DNA of 64,000 nucleotides from Flectonema sp. DT1601 (taxonomy: Eukaryota). Location: NCBI GenBank assembly GCA_964019425.1, contig OZ025800.1, forward strand, positions 744,001-808,000, given 5' to 3'. Positions within the stretch are counted from its first letter, which is position 1. Each line of letters starts with the position of its first letter. The notes beneath the pieces were generated by a model. That model did not search any database. It worked only from the letters and a program-made list of their open reading frames with translations, and was not told the origin of the DNA. Both the position numbers and the translations under genes were made by a program. Positions 59,592 through 64,000 of the stretch are shown here, piece after piece.

Positions 59592-60918
59592 TTAGGTCGT
59601 TTCATTTATAGTTGCGTCTGATGGCGCTGCTCCGCCTGAAAGGTCGAGGTCTCCAACAGCTACTGCCTCGTGTGTTTGAGTTGTGTTATAACTTTGGCAC
59701 TCAGGACATTTCATTGCAATGAAGTGAAGTGGAACGGTACTCTTACGCAAACAATCATTACAAATGATTGTTGCTTTATGAGATGCGAACTCTGCAGGCA
59801 TCGGATTCATTGCCACTTCTGTTGCTATCCGACTACCGCTTTCCGAATCTCGAGAGATAGTTTTCTTACAAAGTGGACATCCCAGCTGTCCAGAATCTGT
59901 TAACTTCTTTTTGCATACATCCTGTTAGGTTTTATGTAATTATATTTTCTTTAAATAACTGAGATCAGTATTGCGCATATCATAAAGTAAAAAAAAGATA
60001 AAAAAGTTTAAAACACACATGAATGAAGTGACCGCAGTTCATTAAATCGACTTTCTCGTAGCTGCTGTGGAGATCTTCCAAACAAACAGGGCACGAATTT
60101 AAACCTCCCTGATTGCATTTATGATTTTGTAGTTTAGTTGACCAACACGCGTTACATTTATCGCAGTGAGAATAGTCTGATTTTCCAATTCCTCCGTCGC
60201 CTTTTCTGCACATTCCGCATTGTGCGCAATGCCAAACGAGGTCTTTAGGAGCTCCTTCAGGAATGTTCATCCAGAGATGGCAAGGTTCACAGTAGTAGTC
60301 TGCAAAAGTAATTTTACACTTGCAGCATGACGCTGCTGCTGGTTGATATTCATCACAGTCACCACACTGAATGTGAGTTACCTTAAACCTATCTAAATCA
60401 TGATCTTCCTCAGCATCATGACAAAATCTACATGCAGCTAAAGATGTACACGTTGAACACTGAATAAGACATTTACGTGAGTAGTGTTGGCATCCGTTGT
60501 ACGGCTTTTCAAATGTTCTCGGCAGCTTTGGAACATCAGGTTTCGCAAAGGCGCTTACAGTAGCCCTGACATCATCACCGTCTTCTATGGAAACCTTTTC
60601 AAGAATTTCGAGATCTGCTGCTGCTGCTAAAACATTACTTCTTCCTAAGTGATGTTCAATTCTTAATCTTAATGCTTCAATTAAATAACTTTCTTCATCA
60701 ACTGTTCTGACAGATGTTGTACTCAGAGGTAATATAACTTTCGTAAGTGTTTCACAAGAGGCATCCCACTTGGCAGCAGCTTGTTGGCACTTCGCAATAC
60801 CAATTAGATTGTGAACTCTTTGCTCTCTAGTGATGTGCTCTCTAGCCAGTCCCGTCATGTAGCCAGCAATAGCGGCATCGATGTCTCCTCTTGAGCGAAG
60901 TTCGTCGGGAGATGTCAT
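59592..60918 (-). CDS. RCHY1: Pirh2/RCHY1-like E3 ligase (CHY, CTCHY, RING-H2, zinc ribbon) with N-terminal TPR-like region, 409 aa, 2 exons
   Basis: GCQHYSRKC...CRFCHD; ICNDC...HFIAMKCPECQSYNT. Intron 60018-59922 restores the RING CPVC...CGHFIH|DVC...CPLC. Confidence 0.93.
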
Positions 60919-61105
60919 ATTTTATATTAGGTTCTGTTTGCACAAAAAGTCTAAACATAATCCAACGAATATCTGAATTTCTCTAAACTATCCTTCCAGT
61001 TCAGTCATATTTGAATATTGTCTTTTGTTATGAAGAATATTAATATCTCAGAATGACTATAACTTTCTTGAATCATAAAGTATACAGTAAGTGTCTAGCG
61101 AGTTA

Positions 61106-61537
61106 TCACTCAAAACAAATAAATCTCTTATGCTTATCCCTACATTGAATACTACAATAACCTCTTGTACATGAAAAACATTTATATGCTGCAGGTCCTA
61201 CACAGAAACAGCAAAGACGAAGATGGGTGGATGTTGATTGAGGAACGAACTCTGTTAGGGTAGGTATGAATTCCTTTATAGCTTCAGCGAGTTCGGTGTG
61301 GTTGTTGCTGCCTTCTTTCCAGTCTTCAGAGAAATCTTGAGACACTTTTTTTGATTTTTTTATTGGTTTTCCGATATTTTTCCTTTTCCGTTTCTCCTTT
61401 CCCCCTGCAGCACCAGTGCTACCAACGCCACTTTCAAGTCTCTCTAATTGGTTCTCAGTTGCTATAGCAACTTCTCTAGCTCTTTCAACCCGACGTTCCT
61501 CTGTTGGTTTTTTACGGGCGCGGACCGGCACCGTCAT
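61106..61537 (-). CDS. HIT-type zinc-finger protein, ZNHIT1/Vps71/SWC6-like, 143 aa
   Basis: C-terminal CCFCVGPAAYKCFSCTRGYCSIQCRDKHKRFIC. N-terminal QLERLE followed by a basic patch, as in the SWR1-subunit family. Confidence 0.8.
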   Translation of the reverse strand: MTVPVRARKKPTEERRVERAREVAIATENQLERLESGVGSTGAAGGKEKRKRKNIGKPIKKSKKVSQDFSEDWKEGSNNHTELAEAIKEFIPTLTEFVPQSTSTHLRLCCFCVGPAAYKCFSCTRGYCSIQCRDKHKRFICFE

Positions 61538-62621
61538 TTTCGTATTGGATGTCTGAATGAAGTGATTGTAATTGTATTAGTCGGTGATGTGCTGTAAAAG
61601 AATTAGTTGTCAAGGTGCTCAAACTTAAAACAAACCTTTGTATTTTATAATATTAAAACTCAGCATCTATAGAGGCTTTAAAACAGAATAGATCGGACAG
61701 GAATTATTTTTTTGCGAAGATAAAATCCACAATCTTTCGGAGTATTAAATTCACCAAATTTTCCTTTTACAGTACGCCAAAAAAAGGGCGATTTTTTTTT
61801 TTTTTTTTTTTGTTCTGTTTGATATAAATTTTTTTTTTTTTTTTTCCTTCTCCCTATTATACTTTTGAGAAATTCAAAAAAAAAAAAAAAAAAAAGAATT
61901 AAAAAAAAAAGGGGGGGAAATCTTTTAATTCCGCACAAAGCTTGCGGTTTAGATTCGCTGATTTCGACCAAAGTTTGAAAAAATCACGAGCTCCACCATT
62001 CGGGCAGTACTGCGCTCTTGATAATTCAAAGTAGCCTTTAAAAAAACTGCATGAGTTAGATACCCTGATAACCCGATCAGAAACAGGAGTGACGCTTGCG
62101 ACCAGGCTGTCTGTAACTCGCAGGTATCTTGACCTTGAAATTCGGTTGGAACGACGTGTAAGAGGACAAGCCCTGTACACATATTATGAGTTTTTTGTGG
62201 TGCTGAAGGTTTTTTCAAACTTTATGTGGAATTAGGGGTTTTCCTAAAAAAAAGAAAAGAAAAGAAAAAAAAAAATAACAGAAAAGGTTCTGTTGATCGC
62301 CAAGCATTGTTGCGGTCAGAATTCAAATCCTTTTATGAAAAATAACAAACAACTTCTTATTAGTTATAAGAAAAATGGAAGATAGAATTGAATTTAAGTA
62401 GAAATACGGATAAGTGTTATCAATCTCTCTTAGTTTTTTTTAACGGAAGAAAAAAAAAAAAAAAGAAAAGAAAAAAAAAGGAGAAAACAGAAAAAAAATT
62501 CTTTCTTTTCATAGTTTGATCATAGACTCCCCAAAGGGAAATATGATCTACCTCAGACCGACAACTACTCCATATGTTTACCTTACTAGGTGTTTAAAAA
62601 ATCACTTGCCATGATACAACC

Positions 62622-63644
62622 CTAAATAGGCCTCATGTCTTGGTTGATTTGTTTCTGAAGGTGGACATCTGGAGAATGAGATTTGATACCAAGACGTTGT
62701 CGTACAACGTAACCAACATTACTATTCACAGAAGGGTTTGCTTTGAAATAGTGATAAAGCATAAATCCTGAAAGAGATATTAAGAATCCAATTACCTCAG
62801 CAGGAGGAACAACTTCCTTGTACCTAATAATTCCTACAAAGATTAGAGCAACATTACGTACCATTCCGAGAACTTTCAAAGTCAACGAAGACGTTACTTT
62901 TACTACTTGAAAAGTTAATAAGTTAATAGCAAGCCCCAGAAGAGCAGCAGCTAAGAACATGTATGGGTGATTAAGTATGGTAAGATGATCACCTTTTTGA
63001 AGAAGAGTTTTCCACTCTGAAGCTGCCGCAGCAATCATTAAAAACAACACCCCAGGAGGTGCTAATACATACTGTCCTTCAATAACAGAAAGACTCTTAT
63101 TTTGAAGAAGGTATTGGGTAAGTACTAAATTAATTGCTTCAGTCGTACTGGCTCCAGCGAATAACAGCAGTCCCTTAACATTAGTACTGGGGTCAGCTCC
63201 AGAGGTTAGTACTGTTCCTGCGCATATTAACATAACACTTAAGATTGTTCCTCCCTTTGGGTTTTCAACTTTTAGAACCGCTCCAGTCACCAGTACTACT
63301 ACAGGTGAGAATGCTTTCAACATTTGAATAAATCCCAAGTTCAATTCCATGTAAGCAGCATTTCCGAACGTCAATGTCGCAGCTTTGCATATTCCAACTG
63401 GTAAACAAGTTTTCAACCAAACTGATTTTGTTAATAATTCTTTTGTCTCTTCTCTCATAGGTGTGATACCGCTTCGGATCAGTCCCCATGAGGTTAGACT
63501 TGCCGCTACCATTCCTAATGCACTTAAGGTAATTGGATAACCAAAGCCCATCTCTTGCATGATATGCTTGTTTAGAATTATCAAGGACGGTCCTGTCAAA
63601 AGATAGACCGTGCAGAGTACCAGTTGTGAGGTCACGATGTTCAT
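62622..63644 (-). CDS. Triose-phosphate/nucleotide-sugar transporter family (TPT/SLC35E-like), 340 aa
   Basis: Multiple TM segments. LIILNKHI...FGYPITL, GNAAYMEL...FIQMLKAFSP, VTSSLTLKVLGMVRN. Confidence 0.93.
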   Translation of the reverse strand: MNIVTSQLVLCTVYLLTGPSLIILNKHIMQEMGFGYPITLSALGMVAASLTSWGLIRSGITPMREETKELLTKSVWLKTCLPVGICKAATLTFGNAAYMELNLGFIQMLKAFSPVVVLVTGAVLKVENPKGGTILSVMLICAGTVLTSGADPSTNVKGLLLFAGASTTEAINLVLTQYLLQNKSLSVIEGQYVLAPPGVLFLMIAAAASEWKTLLQKGDHLTILNHPYMFLAAALLGLAINLLTFQVVKVTSSLTLKVLGMVRNVALIFVGIIRYKEVVPPAEVIGFLISLSGFMLYHYFKANPSVNSNVGYVVRQRLGIKSHSPDVHLQKQINQDMRPI

Positions 63645-64000
63645 TTTATAGTATGTGACCCTTTATATTAAGATAAGTAAATCTCACCAACGTCAACAAC
63701 AACAACTTATCTCGAAAAAACATAATTAAACCTGATTGGTAATAATAATAATTATTATAATAATAAAGACAATTTTTAACCTTTTTTTTTTGGTCACAAT
63801 TAATATAATTTCTAGGGATAGTTTTTTTTTTTTTGAGCGTTCTCAGACACGCTTAAATTGTTGCACAAGTCTCTTTTAGAATAAATAACACCTCCTAAGG
63901 AGATGTCGTAATTTTACCGACGAAGCCTGTCGCTCACAACCTTTACCAGGTCTTCGAGATTGCCAGCATGCTCGATTGCTGATAAGGCCATTATCTCTGC

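Noticed and set aside
1..64000. Alternative genetic code or non-canonical introns
   Set aside because: All gene models close in phase with GT-AG introns, and TAA, TAG and TGA all occur as terminators.

Overview
AT-rich eukaryotic genomic DNA. I model 19 protein-coding genes plus one doubtful micro-ORF, all on the minus strand. They carry 18 short GT-AG introns and are separated by long poly-T/poly-A-rich spacers. A unidirectional gene array, polypyrimidine-AG sites just upstream of many start codons and frequent cis-introns together suggest a euglenozoan, most likely diplonemid-like. That taxonomy is inference. Genes, in window order: CIPK/SNF1-like kinase; Dcp2-like protein with a degenerate Nudix box; formin with N-terminal ubiquitin-binding modules; HEAT-like protein; three hypotheticals; CCCH zinc-finger protein; EF-hand/WD40/pseudokinase protein; CAP-Gly protein; kinesin-3; intronless bacterial-type acyl-ACP-reductase-like protein; a 79-aa ORF; RCC1-repeat protein; a 2TM-HAMP/pseudo-cyclase/DEP/cyclic-nucleotide-type channel fusion; double RING E3; Pirh2-like E3; zf-HIT protein; TPT-family transporter. 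Two dispersed non-coding repeat families are present. The most notable items are the receptor-cyclase-channel fusion, A-rich cis-intron acceptors contrasting with pyrimidine-rich gene-leading acceptors, the probably inactive Dcp2 and the probable horizontally acquired reductase. All exon models were built by hand and checked for reading-frame phase. No database searches were run.
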